From an uncultured beta proteobacterium (GTDB lineage: Bacteria; Pseudomonadota; Gammaproteobacteria; Burkholderiales; Rhodocyclaceae): 51,680 nt of DNA. Position numbers and translations under genes: made by a program. The stretch spans positions 1 through 51,680 of the forward strand of contig CAIXSK010000006.1 of the NCBI GenBank assembly GCA_903922075.1. Reading direction: 5' to 3'. Under the pieces are notes generated by a model. The model was not told the DNA's origin. It ran no database searches and saw only the letters and a list, made by a program, of their open reading frames with translations. Shown one piece after another: positions 9,308 to 23,515 of this stretch (position 1 is the first letter of the stretch; each line of letters begins with the position of its first letter).

Positions 9308-10225
9308 CTAATCCCGCAATTCCCGCCCGGTCAGCTTGATGAAGACGTCTTCGAGGTTGGAGGCGCGGTGGACGTAGCGCAGGCCGTCGGCATCGGCCAG
9401 CCGAGCCAGCAGTTCGCGCGGGTCGCGGCAGTAGAAGAAGGCGGTTTCGCCGCTGGTTTCGACGCGGTCGGCCAGATGCTTGTGGTCCTGCACGAACAAA
9501 TCCAGTTGGCCGTGGGCTTCGTCGAAGACTTCGACGACCTGCGGTTCGATCTGTTCGGCGATCAGCTGGCGCGGGCTGCCTTCGGCGATCTTGCGGCCGT
9601 GGTCGATGACGATCAGCGTGTCGCACAGGCGTTCGGCTTCGTCCATGAAGTGGGTGGTCAGGATCAGCGTCTTGCCGGCCGACTTGAGTTGCTTCAGGCG
9701 ATCCCAGATCAGGTGGCGGGCCTGCGGGTCGAGGCCGGTGGTCGGCTCGTCGAGGAAGATGATGTCGGGGTTGTTGACCAGCGCCCGGGCCAGCGTCAGG
9801 CGGCGCTTCATGCCGCCGGACAGCGTGGCGATGCGGGCGTCGGCCTTGCCGGTCAGGCCGGCGAATTCGAGCAGTTGCGGGATGCGGGCCTTGATCTCGG
9901 CGTCTGGCAGGCCGAAGTAGCGGCCGAAAACGAGCAGGTTTTCGGCGCAGGTGAAATCGGGGTCGAGGTTGTCGAATTGCGGCACGACGCCGACCCGCGC
10001 CCTCGCCGGCTGGGCATCGGCCGGGATGGCGTGGCCGCCGAGCACGATGTCGCCGCTGTCCGGCGCGGTCAGGCCGAGGCAGAGGCGCAGCGTCGTCGTC
10101 TTGCCGGCGCCGTTCGGGCCGAGCAGGCCGAAGCAGGTGCCGGGTTCGACGGTGAACGACAGTCCGGCGACGACTTCGGTGCCGCCGTAGGTCTTGCGGA
10201 GATTGGCGGCGTTTAGTGCCGCCAT
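9308..10225 (-). CDS. nodI: ABC exporter ATP-binding protein, NodI-like
   Basis: [43 protein letters not shown]. Confidence 0.9.
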   Translation of the reverse strand: MAALNAANLRKTYGGTEVVAGLSFTVEPGTCFGLLGPNGAGKTTTLRLCLGLTAPDSGDIVLGGHAIPADAQPARARVGVVPQFDNLDPDFTCAENLLVFGRYFGLPDAEIKARIPQLLEFAGLTGKADARIATLSGGMKRRLTLARALVNNPDIIFLDEPTTGLDPQARHLIWDRLKQLKSAGKTLILTTHFMDEAERLCDTLIVIDHGRKIAEGSPRQLIAEQIEPQVVEVFDEAHGQLDLFVQDHKHLADRVETSGETAFFYCRDPRELLARLADADGLRYVHRASNLEDVFIKLTGRELRD

Positions 10226-10851
10226 GCGCGGGTGACGATGTCGCGGATCAGGTGCAGGCGACGGTGGAAGAAGTGGTCGGCGCCGGGCACGACGACGACC
10301 GGCAGGTCGTTCGGCTGCGCCCAGTCGAGCACGTTGGCGAGCGGCACGGTTTCATCGGACGAGCCGTGGATGACGATGGTGTCGTGCGGCACGGCTTCGG
10401 TGTCGTAGCTGCGGGTGCCTTCGACGAAGCCGGCGGCGGTGCCGACCAGCACCAGGCGCTGGGCCGGGTGGTTGGCTTCGGCTAGCCGTTTGGCGACGCG
10501 GGTCTGGCAGTAGGCGCCGAACGAAAAGCCGGCCAGTGCGACGGGCAGGTTGCCGCAGCGGCACTTGGCGTCTTCGAGGACAGCCAGCAGGTCGTCGATC
10601 TCGCCATTGCCTTCGTCATGGACGCCTTCGGTACCGCCGACGCCGCGGAAATTCGGGCGGAAGGCGGCGTAGCCCATGGCGACGAAGGTGCGGGCCAGCG
10701 TGTAGGCGACCTTGTTGGTGTTGGCGCCGCCGCCGATCGGGTGCGGGTGGGCGACCAGCGCGATGCCGCGCGGCGCGTCCGGACGTTCCATGATGACCTC
10801 GATCTTGCCGACCGGGCCATCGACGAAGATCTTTTCCTCGACGGCTTTCAT
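10213..10851 (-). CDS. Alpha/beta hydrolase
   Basis: HPHP.GG, NFRGVG, GFSFG nucleophile elbow, DHFFH. Confidence 0.9.
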   Translation of the reverse strand: MKAVEEKIFVDGPVGKIEVIMERPDAPRGIALVAHPHPIGGGANTNKVAYTLARTFVAMGYAAFRPNFRGVGGTEGVHDEGNGEIDDLLAVLEDAKCRCGNLPVALAGFSFGAYCQTRVAKRLAEANHPAQRLVLVGTAAGFVEGTRSYDTEAVPHDTIVIHGSSDETVPLANVLDWAQPNDLPVVVVPGADHFFHRRLHLIRDIVTRAWRH

Positions 10852-11156
10852 ATTTTCAGGCGCTCCACGACGCGACCGTTGATCAGGTGTTCCTGGATGA
10901 TTTCCTCGACGTCGTCCTTGTCCACGTAGGTGTACCAGACGGCTTCCGGGTAGACGACCATGACCGGGCCGTGGTCGCAGCGGTCCAGGCAGCCGGCCTT
11001 GTTGATGCGGACCTTGCCCTCGCCCTTCATCTTCAGCTGACTGATCCGGTCCTTGGCGTAGGTCTGCATTTCGCTGGCGCCCAGGGCGTTGCAGCAGGTC
11101 TCGCCGGGTTCGCGCTGGTTGCAGCAGAAAAAGACGTGGTGTTTGAAGTGGCTCAT
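10848..11156 (-). CDS. Thioredoxin-like [2Fe-2S] ferredoxin
   Basis: HVFFCCNQR, GCLDRCDHGP, VYPEAVWY. Confidence 0.92.
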   Translation of the reverse strand: MSHFKHHVFFCCNQREPGETCCNALGASEMQTYAKDRISQLKMKGEGKVRINKAGCLDRCDHGPVMVVYPEAVWYTYVDKDDVEEIIQEHLINGRVVERLKI

Positions 11157-11199
11157 CGGGTTCTCTCCTCGGGGGGCGCTCATTATAGGCGGTCCGGTT

Positions 11200-13911
<2,712 letters not shown>

Positions 13912-15001
13912 AGCGTGGCCACCAGCCGGGTCAGGCCGTTGAAATTGAGGAAATGCCCCTGCCGCCAGGCGGCCAGCGCGGCGGCGGAATACGGGTTGTG
14001 CGGCGCCAGGTTGACCAGCACGGTGCCGGCCATCAGCGCCAGCGCCGCGATCATCAGGCGCGGCGTCGCCGGCAAGGCCATGGCGATGGCCAGGATGGCG
14101 ACGCCGACGGCGAGGCCGAGCCGGACGCCGGGCGTCAGCCAGGCCAGCGCTTCGGCCGGGTTGACCAGGATGGCGGCGGCCAGCGTGGCGACGGTCAGGT
14201 TGAGCAGCAGGAACAGCGGCACGATGACGTAGGCGGCGAGCAGCCGGGCGCACAGCATGCGGACGATCAGGCCGACGGCGACGGCGTTGAAGGCGGTGAT
14301 GCTGGCTTCGATCATCACGAAGCTTTCGGCGGCGAAGGGCATGGCGGCGGTCAGGCCGAGCATCTGGCGGAGATCGCCGGCGCCGAACAGCAGGGTTTCC
14401 GGCGACAGCGGCACGAGCAGCCAGAGGCCGAGCAGGGTCAGGCCCAGCTCGGCGTGCGGAATCGGGGCGATCAGCCGGTGTTCCAGCGCCGCCAGCCGGG
14501 CGAAGACGCGCGGCCCGACCGCCTTCGCCCACAGGGCGCCGAGCAGCCCGCCGAGCGTGTTGCAGGCCAGGTCGACGTTGGACGGCACGCGCGAGGGCAG
14601 CCAGGTCTGCACGATTTCCAGGCCGCAACTGATGCCGCCGGCGAGCAGTGTGGCCAGGGCCAGCGCGGTGTAGCGGCCGGGCAGACGGCTCAGGGCCAGG
14701 GTCAGGAAGAAGCCGAGCGGCAGGTAGACGGCGATGTTGGCGACCAGGTCGAAAACGGTCCAGTAGCGCGGCCAGCCGCCTTCGAGGAAGGCCAGCGGCG
14801 AGACGCCGGTATCGCGCCAGCCGGCAAACGGATGCAGGCTGGCATAGGCGACCAGCCCCAGCCAGGCGAGCGCCAGGTAGCGGGAAAGCAGGATGGGACC
14901 GCGGCCGTGAGGATGCATGCCCCGATTTTAGGGACTATCCGCCGGGGCGTCAGCCGGATTGTGAGATTGCCCCCGGATTGCCGCCCGCGCCGGGCGGGTC
15001 G

Positions 15002-16543
15002 TCAGTGATGGTGCGGGTGCTCGGTCGCGTGGTGCGTTTCGGCCGCAGCGCGACGGCGAAGGGCTTCGTGGACGTCCTCTTGCGGCAGCGGATGGCCGAC
15101 CCATTGCGGCAGCATCGAGCCGGCCACCATGCCGACGATGCTGACGCCCAGGCCGATCAGCTGCGGCGGCACCAGCTGGCCGGCGCCGGCCAGCGCGTAG
15201 GCGTAATCGCCGGCCGAGCCGCCCTGGCTGCTGACCAGCACTTCGATCAGGATCCACGACGACAGGCCGCCGATGATCGCCGCCAGCGCGCCCTGCGTCG
15301 TCGCCCGCCGCCAGAAGGCGCCGAAGAAGAGCGGCACGAAGGCGCCAGCCAGCGTGACCTTGTAGGCGTTCTCGACCATCTTGAAGATGCTGGCGTTGGA
15401 ATACAGGGCAAAGCCGAGCACGATGCCGGCAAAGCAGACGATGGAGGCGCGCATGACCTTCAGGAACTGCTGGTCGCCCATGTGCGGGAAGAAGCCGCGG
15501 ACGATGTTTTCCGAGAAGGCGACCGACGGCGCCAGCAGGGTCGCCGACGAGCAGCTCATGATCGCCGAGAGCACGGCGCCGAAGAAGATGGCCTGGGCGA
15601 AGACCGGCGTGTGCTGGAGGACGAAGGTCGGCAGGACCAGTTGCGAGTCGGTCTCCATCAGCCCGTTGAACAGCTCGGGGTCGATCAGCGTCGCCGAGTA
15701 GGCGATGAACATCGGCACGAAGGTGAAGCAGAAATAGATCGAGGCGCCGAGGATGGAGCCCCACAGCGCGATCGACTTGGTCTTCGCCGAGGTGATGCGC
15801 TGGAAGACGTCCTGCTGCGGGATCGAGCCGAGCATCATGGTCATCCAGGCGCCGAGGAAGGTCAGCCATTTCCAGGGGTCGGCCTCCGGGAAGAAATTCA
15901 GCTTGCCGGCCGCCGAGGCATGCTGGATCACGGTGTCCACACCCCCGGTCAGGCCGGCAACGATGTAGCCGATGAACAGCATGCCGCCCATGATGACGCC
16001 CATCTGGACGAAGTCGAGGATGGCCACCGAGAGCATGCCGCCGAAGGTGGTGTAGGTCAGCACGATGGCGGCGCCGAGGATCATGCCGGCTGGCTGGCTG
16101 ACGAAACCGTTGGTGACGACGTTGAAGACCAGGCCGAGCGCCTTGATCTGGGCCGACACCCAGCCGAGGTAGGAGGCGACGATGCACAGCGTGGTCAGCA
16201 CCTCGACTGTGCGGTTGTAGCGCAGGCGGAAGTAATCGCCCAGGGTCAGGATGTTCAGCTTGTACAGCTTGTTGGCGAAAAAGAAGCCGGCGATGATCAG
16301 GCACATCGACGAGCCGAACGGATCGGCGACGACGCCGCCCAGGCCTTCCTTGACGAAGGTGGCGGAAACCCCGAACACCGCCTCGGCGCCGAACCAGGTG
16401 GCGAAGACCGTCGCGGTGACGACCGGCAGCGGCAGGTGGCGGCCGGCGACGGCGAAATCCTTGGCGGTGTGCACGCGGGTCGCCGCGTACAGACCGATGC
16501 CGATGGAAACCATCAGGTAGAGAACGACGAACCAGATCAGCAT
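15002..16543 (-). CDS. Sodium:solute symporter family protein
   Basis: DFAVAGR.LP, ATWFG, YTTFGG, QDVFQR, SAIMS; many TM segments. Confidence 0.9.
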   Translation of the reverse strand: MLIWFVVLYLMVSIGIGLYAATRVHTAKDFAVAGRHLPLPVVTATVFATWFGAEAVFGVSATFVKEGLGGVVADPFGSSMCLIIAGFFFANKLYKLNILTLGDYFRLRYNRTVEVLTTLCIVASYLGWVSAQIKALGLVFNVVTNGFVSQPAGMILGAAIVLTYTTFGGMLSVAILDFVQMGVIMGGMLFIGYIVAGLTGGVDTVIQHASAAGKLNFFPEADPWKWLTFLGAWMTMMLGSIPQQDVFQRITSAKTKSIALWGSILGASIYFCFTFVPMFIAYSATLIDPELFNGLMETDSQLVLPTFVLQHTPVFAQAIFFGAVLSAIMSCSSATLLAPSVAFSENIVRGFFPHMGDQQFLKVMRASIVCFAGIVLGFALYSNASIFKMVENAYKVTLAGAFVPLFFGAFWRRATTQGALAAIIGGLSSWILIEVLVSSQGGSAGDYAYALAGAGQLVPPQLIGLGVSIVGMVAGSMLPQWVGHPLPQEDVHEALRRRAAAETHHATEHPHHH

Positions 16544-16603
16544 GGGTGGTGCGTAAGAGGTTGAAAACGCGGGAATTATAAGGGCTTTGCCCAGCCCCGG
16601 GGA

Positions 16604-17257
16604 TCAGAACGGCGGTGCCGCGTGAAATTTGATGAATGCTACGGTCGAGGGGTGAAAAAGGCCCAAATCCGTGGCGTGCAGCAGCAGCCGCCCGGCCCGG
16701 CCGCGCGCCTCGCCGCCGTAGAGTTCGTCGCCGAGGATCGGGTGGCCGAGCGCGGCCATATGCACCCGCAACTGATGCGAGCGGCCGGTGACCGGTTCCA
16801 GTTCGACCCGCGTGGTGTCGGCGAGCGGATCGCGGGCGATCACCCGAAAGCGGGTCAGCGACGGCTTGCCGATCTCGAAATCGACCTTCTGCAAGGGCCG
16901 GTTCGGCCAGTCGACGATCAACGGCAGGTCGACTTCGCCGGCATCTTCGGCGAGCAGCCCGGCGAGCACGGCGATGTAACGCTTTTCCGTTTGCCGCTCA
17001 CGAAACTGCCGCGACAGCTCGCTATGCGCTGCTTCTCCGCGCCCAAGCACGAGCAGACCGGAGGTTTCCATGTCCAGCCGATGCACGGCCAGCGCATCGG
17101 GAAAGCGGGCCTGGACGCGGGCGACCAGGCAGTCCGCCTTGGCCGGGCCGCGCCCGGGCACCGACAGCAGGCCGGACGGCTTGTCGACGACGACGATGGC
17201 CTCGTCGGCGTGGATCACTGTCAGGCCGGTGTCGGGCGGCGGGCAATAGACGGTCAA
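16604..17257 (-). CDS. rluA: RluA-family pseudouridine synthase
   Basis: VDKPSGLLSVPG, HRLDMETSG, TGRSHQLRVH, GHPILGDELY; TTG start overlapping the upstream stop. Confidence 0.9.
   Translation of the reverse strand: MTVYCPPPDTGLTVIHADEAIVVVDKPSGLLSVPGRGPAKADCLVARVQARFPDALAVHRLDMETSGLLVLGRGEAAHSELSRQFRERQTEKRYIAVLAGLLAEDAGEVDLPLIVDWPNRPLQKVDFEIGKPSLTRFRVIARDPLADTTRVELEPVTGRSHQLRVHMAALGHPILGDELYGGEARGRAGRLLLHATDLGLFHPSTVAFIKFHAAPPF
16635..16668 (+). repeat. Dispersed motif copy (perfect core) in the rluA 3' end
   Basis: AATGCTACGGTCG AGGGG TGAAAA AGGCC CAAAT. Confidence 0.95.
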
Positions 17258-17490
17258 AACGGCCTCACCCGCTGGCTGCAACGGCTGTCGCGGAAGGCCG
17301 TGGCTTCGCGCAGCCAGCCGGCGCCCGGCGAGGTCTGGGCGCAGATTCGGTCGTCGCCGGTCCGGCTCGCCCACCAGTACCACGGGGCCGGCCGGGCCGC
17401 GGCGCTGCCGGCCAGAAGGCACAGCAACCCCCCGGCCATGGTGCGCGCCAGCCTTGTTTTATATGAAGAATCTGCTTGCCAATCAGCCAT
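17254..17490 (-). CDS. Small exported Trp/Cys-containing protein (alternative start 17439)
   Basis: Signal-like segment, then PAPWYWW…CAQTSPGAGW…C; translationally coupled to rluA. Confidence 0.6.
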   Translation of the reverse strand: MADWQADSSYKTRLARTMAGGLLCLLAGSAAARPAPWYWWASRTGDDRICAQTSPGAGWLREATAFRDSRCSQRVRPF

Positions 17491-17498
17491 GGTAAATG

Positions 17499-17518
17499 TA
17501 CTGTATGTAAACACAGTA
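17499..17518. promoter_or_regulatory. LexA (SOS) box
   Basis: TACTGTATGTAAACACAGTA fits CTGT-N8-ACAG, upstream of recA. Confidence 0.9.
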
Positions 17519-17693
17519 TTCGAATAAGTACGCGGGGGGCGGGGAAATATACCTTGTTCTGTGCGCCGTATCCCTGAATTCAACTGTTGCCGATTGCATA
17601 TCCAGTCGGATCGCATCAACGACTTAGTGCAGCAATTTCTATTCCATCCTTGGCCCCTGTGCCATAATCCGCTCAAATTTTCGAGGTAACGTC

Positions 17694-18714
<1,021 letters not shown>

Positions 18715-18722
<8 letters not shown>

Positions 18723-19146
18723 TCTGCGCGTGCGCGCCCTGCAACTCCTGACCCGGCGCGATTACAGCCGGGCGGAGCTGAAGGGCAAGCTCGCCGCCGA
18801 AGCGGAATCCGAAGAAGAACTCGACCACGTGCTCGCCACCCTGCAATCCGAACGCCTTCTCTCCGACGAACGCTACGCCGCCCAGCGCGTCGTGGCGCGT
18901 GGTAGCCGCTACGGCAATACCCGCCTGAAACAGGAATTGCGGCAAAAGGGTGTGACCGACGAGGATATCGAGACCGCCCTGCCCGAGGCCGGCGACGAAA
19001 CCGAGCGTTGCCGGGCGATCTGGGCGAAAAAGTTCGGTCATCTGCCGGAAACGGCCGAAGATCGTGCCAAACAGATGCGTTTCCTGCAATATCGCGGTTT
19101 TTCCGGCGAGGCCATACGCCGGGTCATGCGCGGAGCCGATCAATGA
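18715..19146 (+). CDS. recX: Regulatory protein RecX
   Basis: [23 protein letters not shown]; directly after recA. Confidence 0.95.
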
Positions 19147-19877
19147 ACACCCCTGTCGCCACCCTCTCGGCGCATAACCTGAAAAAGCGCTACAAGGCGC
19201 GGACGGTGGTCGAGGATGTCTCCTTCGAGGTCAAGTCCGGCGAAGTCGTCGGTCTGCTCGGTCCGAACGGTGCCGGCAAGACCACCTGCTTCTACATGAT
19301 CGTCGGCCTGGTCGCGGCCGACGGCGGCGAGGTCTACATCGACGACAACCGCCTGACCCATCTGGCGATGCACAGCCGGGCCCGCCTCGGCCTCTCCTAC
19401 CTGCCGCAGGAGGCCTCGGTCTTCCGCAAGCTCAACGTCGAGGAAAACATCCGCGCTGTGCTGGAGTTGCTCGATCTGCCCGAAGCCGAACTGAACGACC
19501 GTCTGGAAGGCTTGCTCAACGAACTGCACGTCGGCCATGTCCGTCACGTCAACGCCTCGGCCCTGTCCGGCGGCGAACGGCGGCGCGTCGAGATTGCCCG
19601 TGCCCTGGCCACCAATCCGCGCTTCATCCTGCTCGACGAGCCCTTTGCTGGCGTCGACCCGATCGCCGTGCTGGAAATCCAGAAAATCATCCGCTTCCTC
19701 AAGGAGCGCGGCATCGGCGTCCTGATCACCGATCACAATGTGCGCGAAACGCTGGGCATCTGCGACCACGCCTACATTATCAACGCCGGAAATGTACTGG
19801 CCGCTGGACGGCCGGCCGAAATCGTGAATAATGAAAGCGTACGGAAGGTTTATCTCGGCGAGCACTTCAAGCTCTGA
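19143..19877 (+). CDS. lptB: LPS export ABC ATPase LptB
   Basis: [54 protein letters not shown]. Confidence 0.96.
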   Translation: MNTPVATLSAHNLKKRYKARTVVEDVSFEVKSGEVVGLLGPNGAGKTTCFYMIVGLVAADGGEVYIDDNRLTHLAMHSRARLGLSYLPQEASVFRKLNVEENIRAVLELLDLPEAELNDRLEGLLNELHVGHVRHVNASALSGGERRRVEIARALATNPRFILLDEPFAGVDPIAVLEIQKIIRFLKERGIGVLITDHNVRETLGICDHAYIINAGNVLAAGRPAEIVNNESVRKVYLGEHFKL

Positions 19878-19904
19878 CCGACGAAACGTACCCGACCCCA
19901 ACCG

Positions 19905-21374
19905 ATGAAGCCGGCACTCCAACTAAAACTATCCCAGCACCTGGCGCTGACCCCTCAGCTCCAGCAGTCGATCAAGCTGCTTCAGTTGTCGACGGTCGAG
20001 ATGCAGCAGGAAATCGAACGCTACCTGCTAGAAAACCCGATGCTGGAACGCGAGGACGAGCACGGCGGCGACAATTTCTCGGCGGCGCAGCAATTCGATT
20101 CCCCGCAGTCCACTGAAGGCGAACGCGAACAGCGCGCCGAACGCGAGGAACGGGACGCCCGCGAGGAGCGCGAACAGGACGCGCCCTCGGCGCCGTCGGA
20201 AGTCGACGACGACCGCTGGACTTCCGATGCCGGCACCTTTACCGGCGCCGGGCGTGACGAGGATGACGACAGCGATTCCCACGACGTCCATGCCGCCACT
20301 ATCAGCCTGCGCGATCACCTCGGCTGGCAACTGGGAATGACCCAGGTTTCCGAGCGTGACCGCAGCCTGGTGCGTTTCCTGATCGAAGCGCTGGATGACG
20401 ACGGTTACCTGTCGGCACCGCTCGTCGAGTTGTGGGAAACCCTGCCGCCGGAATACGAGATCGAACTCGAAGAGCTGGAAATCGCCCTGCATCACATCCA
20501 GAACTTCGATCCGACCGGTATCGGGGCGCGCAATCTGCAAGAATGCCTGGTGCTGCAACTGAAGGTTTTGCCGACCGGGCCGGACCGTACCCTGGCGCTG
20601 ACCATCGTCGAAAAGCATCTGGAACTGCTGGCGGCCCGCGATTTCGCCAAGATACGCCGGCTGACCGGCTGCGACGACGAGGATCTGAAGGCGGCGCATT
20701 CCCTGATTACCAGCCTCAATCCGCGACCGGGCGCCGGTTATGCCCAGATCGAGGCGCGCTATATCACGCCCGACGTGATCGTCAAGAAACTGAAGGGCAA
20801 GTGGACGGCCTACATCAATCCGGATGCCTATCCACGCCTGCGCATCAATCGCCTGTATGCCGAAATCCTGGCCAAGCAGCGGCGCGGCAACGGCAACCTG
20901 TCCACCCAATTGCAGGAGGCGCGCTGGCTGATCAAGAATGTCCAGCAGCGCTTCGATACCATCCATCGCGTTACGCAGGCCATTGTCGACCGCCAGCGCC
21001 AGTTCTTCGAGCACGGCGAAGTCGCCATGCGGCCGCTGGTCCTGCGCGAAATCGCCGACATTCTCGGCCTGCACGAGTCGACGGTGTCGCGCGTCACCAG
21101 CCAGAAGTACATGGCGACGCCGCGCGGTATCTTCGAACTGAAATACTTCTTCGGCAGTCATGTCGCCACCGATAGCGGCGGTGCCTGTTCTGCCACGGCC
21201 ATTCGTGCCTTGATCAAGCAATTGATCGCGGCTGAGGATGGCAAGAAGCCCTTGTCGGATAGTCAATTATCCGAAATACTTGGCCAGCAGGGAATCGTGG
21301 TTGCCCGGCGGACGGTTGCAAAATACCGCGAGTCGCTCAACATCCCGCCGGTCAATTTACGCAAGACCCTGTAG
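19905..21374 (+). CDS. rpoN: RNA polymerase sigma-54 factor
   Basis: [23 protein letters not shown], RpoN box [10 protein letters not shown]. Confidence 0.98.
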   Translation: MKPALQLKLSQHLALTPQLQQSIKLLQLSTVEMQQEIERYLLENPMLEREDEHGGDNFSAAQQFDSPQSTEGEREQRAEREERDAREEREQDAPSAPSEVDDDRWTSDAGTFTGAGRDEDDDSDSHDVHAATISLRDHLGWQLGMTQVSERDRSLVRFLIEALDDDGYLSAPLVELWETLPPEYEIELEELEIALHHIQNFDPTGIGARNLQECLVLQLKVLPTGPDRTLALTIVEKHLELLAARDFAKIRRLTGCDDEDLKAAHSLITSLNPRPGAGYAQIEARYITPDVIVKKLKGKWTAYINPDAYPRLRINRLYAEILAKQRRGNGNLSTQLQEARWLIKNVQQRFDTIHRVTQAIVDRQRQFFEHGEVAMRPLVLREIADILGLHESTVSRVTSQKYMATPRGIFELKYFFGSHVATDSGGACSATAIRALIKQLIAAEDGKKPLSDSQLSEILGQQGIVVARRTVAKYRESLNIPPVNLRKTL

Positions 21375-21388
21375 AGAGAGGAGAAAAC

Positions 21389-21712
21389 ATGAATCTGCAG
21401 ATCAGTGGTCACCACATCGAAGTTACCCCCGCCCTGCGCGAATATGTGGAAAACAAGCTGGACCCCGTTGTCCGTCATTTCGACAAGGTAACCGGCGTCA
21501 ATGTGGTTCTGTCCGTCGAGAAGCTGAAGCAGAAGGCGGAAGTGACCGTGCACGTGCCCGGCAAGGACATGCATGTCGAGGAATCCGGCGATGATCTCTA
21601 TGCCGCCATCGATGCCTTGTTCGACAAGCTGGACCGCCAGGTTCAGAAATACAAGCAAAAGATCCAGGACCACCATCGCGGTGACAAGCCCGGACTTCAT
21701 GCCGCTGAATAA
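21389..21712 (+). CDS. hpf: Ribosome hibernation promoting factor
   Basis: [23 protein letters not shown]; follows rpoN. Confidence 0.93.
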   Translation: MNLQISGHHIEVTPALREYVENKLDPVVRHFDKVTGVNVVLSVEKLKQKAEVTVHVPGKDMHVEESGDDLYAAIDALFDKLDRQVQKYKQKIQDHHRGDKPGLHAAE

Positions 21713-21721
21713 GCGCTGACC

Positions 21722-21746
21722 GGCCGCAGCGACCAAGGCTGCGGCC
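21722..21746 (+). terminator. GC-rich hairpin between hpf and ptsN (attenuator or mRNA stabiliser)
   Basis: GGCCGCAGC-N7-GCTGCGGCC; weak U-tract. Confidence 0.45.
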
Positions 21747-21764
21747 CTTGAATTGCACCTTCCT

Positions 21765-22211
21765 ATGAACCCCTTAGCCAATCTGTTATCCGTCGAGCAG
21801 GTGCTGCTGGATCTCGATGCCAGTAGTAAAAAGCGGGTATTTGAGCAAGCCGGCATGTTGTTCGAAGCCAGGCTCGGACTCGCCCGGTCAACGATTTTCG
21901 ACAGTCTGTTCGCCCGCGAGAAGCTCGGTTCCACCGGTCTCGGCCAGGGTGTCGCCATTCCCCACGGCCGCATCAAGGGACTCAAGCAGGCAGCTGGCGC
22001 ATTCCTGCGCCTGGCCAATCCGGTTCCATTCGATTCGCCCGACGGTCGCCCGGTCGATTTGCTGTTCGTCTTGCTGGTGCCCGAGCAGGCTACCGAGCAA
22101 CATTTGCAGATTCTTTCGGAGTTGGCCCAGCGTTTTTCCGAGCGGGTATTCCGCGAAAAATTGCAGGCTGCTCCCGATGCGGCGGCCATCGTGGCACTTT
22201 TCCAGGGCTGA
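21765..22211 (+). CDS. ptsN: PTS EIIA-Ntr
   Basis: SKKRVFE, REKLGSTGLGQGVAIPHGR. Confidence 0.95.
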   Translation: MNPLANLLSVEQVLLDLDASSKKRVFEQAGMLFEARLGLARSTIFDSLFAREKLGSTGLGQGVAIPHGRIKGLKQAAGAFLRLANPVPFDSPDGRPVDLLFVLLVPEQATEQHLQILSELAQRFSERVFREKLQAAPDAAAIVALFQG

Positions 22212-22220
22212 TCGACGCTC

Positions 22221-23156
22221 GTGCGCCATGTCAGCCTGGTTCAGCTCTACGAGGACAACCGCGAAAAGCTGTTGCTGAACTGGGCGAGCAGTCACCAGGC
22301 GGATCGGCGCATCGAGATCAAGGGCTCCAACAACTACGGAGCGGATCTTGTCGGTCACATCAACATCATCCATCCGGAACGCCTGCAGGTCATGGGGCTG
22401 GCCGAATACGAATGGGCCATGCGCATGGCCGAGCGACGGTTCGGGCAGATGTTCACCGACCTCCTGGCGGCTCAACCGCCGGCGATTATCGTTGCCGACG
22501 GCTTGCTGCCGCCGCCGCAACTGGTCGATATCTGCAGTCAGTCGGGAACGCCGCTGATCTATTCGCCCAAGCCATGCTCGGCGGTGATCGATCTGCTGCG
22601 CATCTATCTGTCGTCCCGTCTGGCCAATACCGTCAGCCTGCATGGCGTCTTCATGGACGTGCTCGGCATGGGGGTGCTGGTTACCGGTGATTCGGGGGTC
22701 GGCAAATCGGAATTGGCCCTGGAGCTGATTTCGCGGGGCCATGGCCTGGTTGCCGACGATGTCGTCGAAATGGCCCGGATCGCACCAACCACGATCGAAG
22801 GCCGCTGTCCGGGCATGCTGCGCGATTTTCTTGAAGTACGCGGCCTGGGGCTGCTCAATATCCGGACCATCTTCGGTGAAACGGCATCCCGCCGCAAAAT
22901 GAAACTGAAGCTGATCGTCCATCTGCAAAAGACTTCGACCGCGGTCGATGCGCCCCGTCTGCCGCTCGATGCCCAGACGCACGAGGTGCTCGGCGTGCCA
23001 ATCCGCAAGGTGGTCATTCCGGTGGCGGCCGGCCGCAATCTGGCAGTGCTGCTGGAGGCCGCCGTGCGCAACACGATCCTGCAGTTGCGCGGGATCGACA
23101 GCATGCAGGATTTCATGGATCGTCAGCAACGCGTCATGCTTGACGATGATGCATGA
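22221..23156 (+). CDS. hprK: HPr kinase/phosphorylase
   Basis: GDSGVGKSE, LVADD, LEVRGLG, PVAAGRNLA. Confidence 0.96.
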   Translation: MRHVSLVQLYEDNREKLLLNWASSHQADRRIEIKGSNNYGADLVGHINIIHPERLQVMGLAEYEWAMRMAERRFGQMFTDLLAAQPPAIIVADGLLPPPQLVDICSQSGTPLIYSPKPCSAVIDLLRIYLSSRLANTVSLHGVFMDVLGMGVLVTGDSGVGKSELALELISRGHGLVADDVVEMARIAPTTIEGRCPGMLRDFLEVRGLGLLNIRTIFGETASRRKMKLKLIVHLQKTSTAVDAPRLPLDAQTHEVLGVPIRKVVIPVAAGRNLAVLLEAAVRNTILQLRGIDSMQDFMDRQQRVMLDDDA

Positions 23157-23202
23157 TTGATCGATAGTACGTTGGTATTTCAACCAGCCAAGGGGACATC
23201 CA

Positions 23203-23460
23203 ATGAAGAAACTGATCGGATTGATGCTCGTCGCATTTGCCGCATCCAACGTTTATGCCGCTGACGATTGCGCAGCGCGTGCTGCCGAGAAGAAGCTGGC
23301 CGGTGCTGCCAAGAATAGCTTCATGAAGAAATGCATGGCCGATGCCGGGGCACCCCCGGAAAACGCGGCCTGCGCTGCAACCGCCAAGGAAAAGAAACTG
23401 GCTGGCGCGGCCAAAAACAGTTTTATGAAGAAGTGCGTGGCGGACGCTGCCGCCAAATAA
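23203..23460 (+). CDS. Small secreted PsiF-like repeat protein
   Basis: Signal peptide plus two C-x5-EKKLAGAAKNSFMKKC repeats (23269-23334, 23371-23436). Confidence 0.75.
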   Translation: MKKLIGLMLVAFAASNVYAADDCAARAAEKKLAGAAKNSFMKKCMADAGAPPENAACAATAKEKKLAGAAKNSFMKKCVADAAAK

Positions 23461-23515
23461 CTCGTCGGCGTCTCAGCGTCCTGCATTCGGCCACTTCAGG
23501 GTGGCCGAACTTTGT

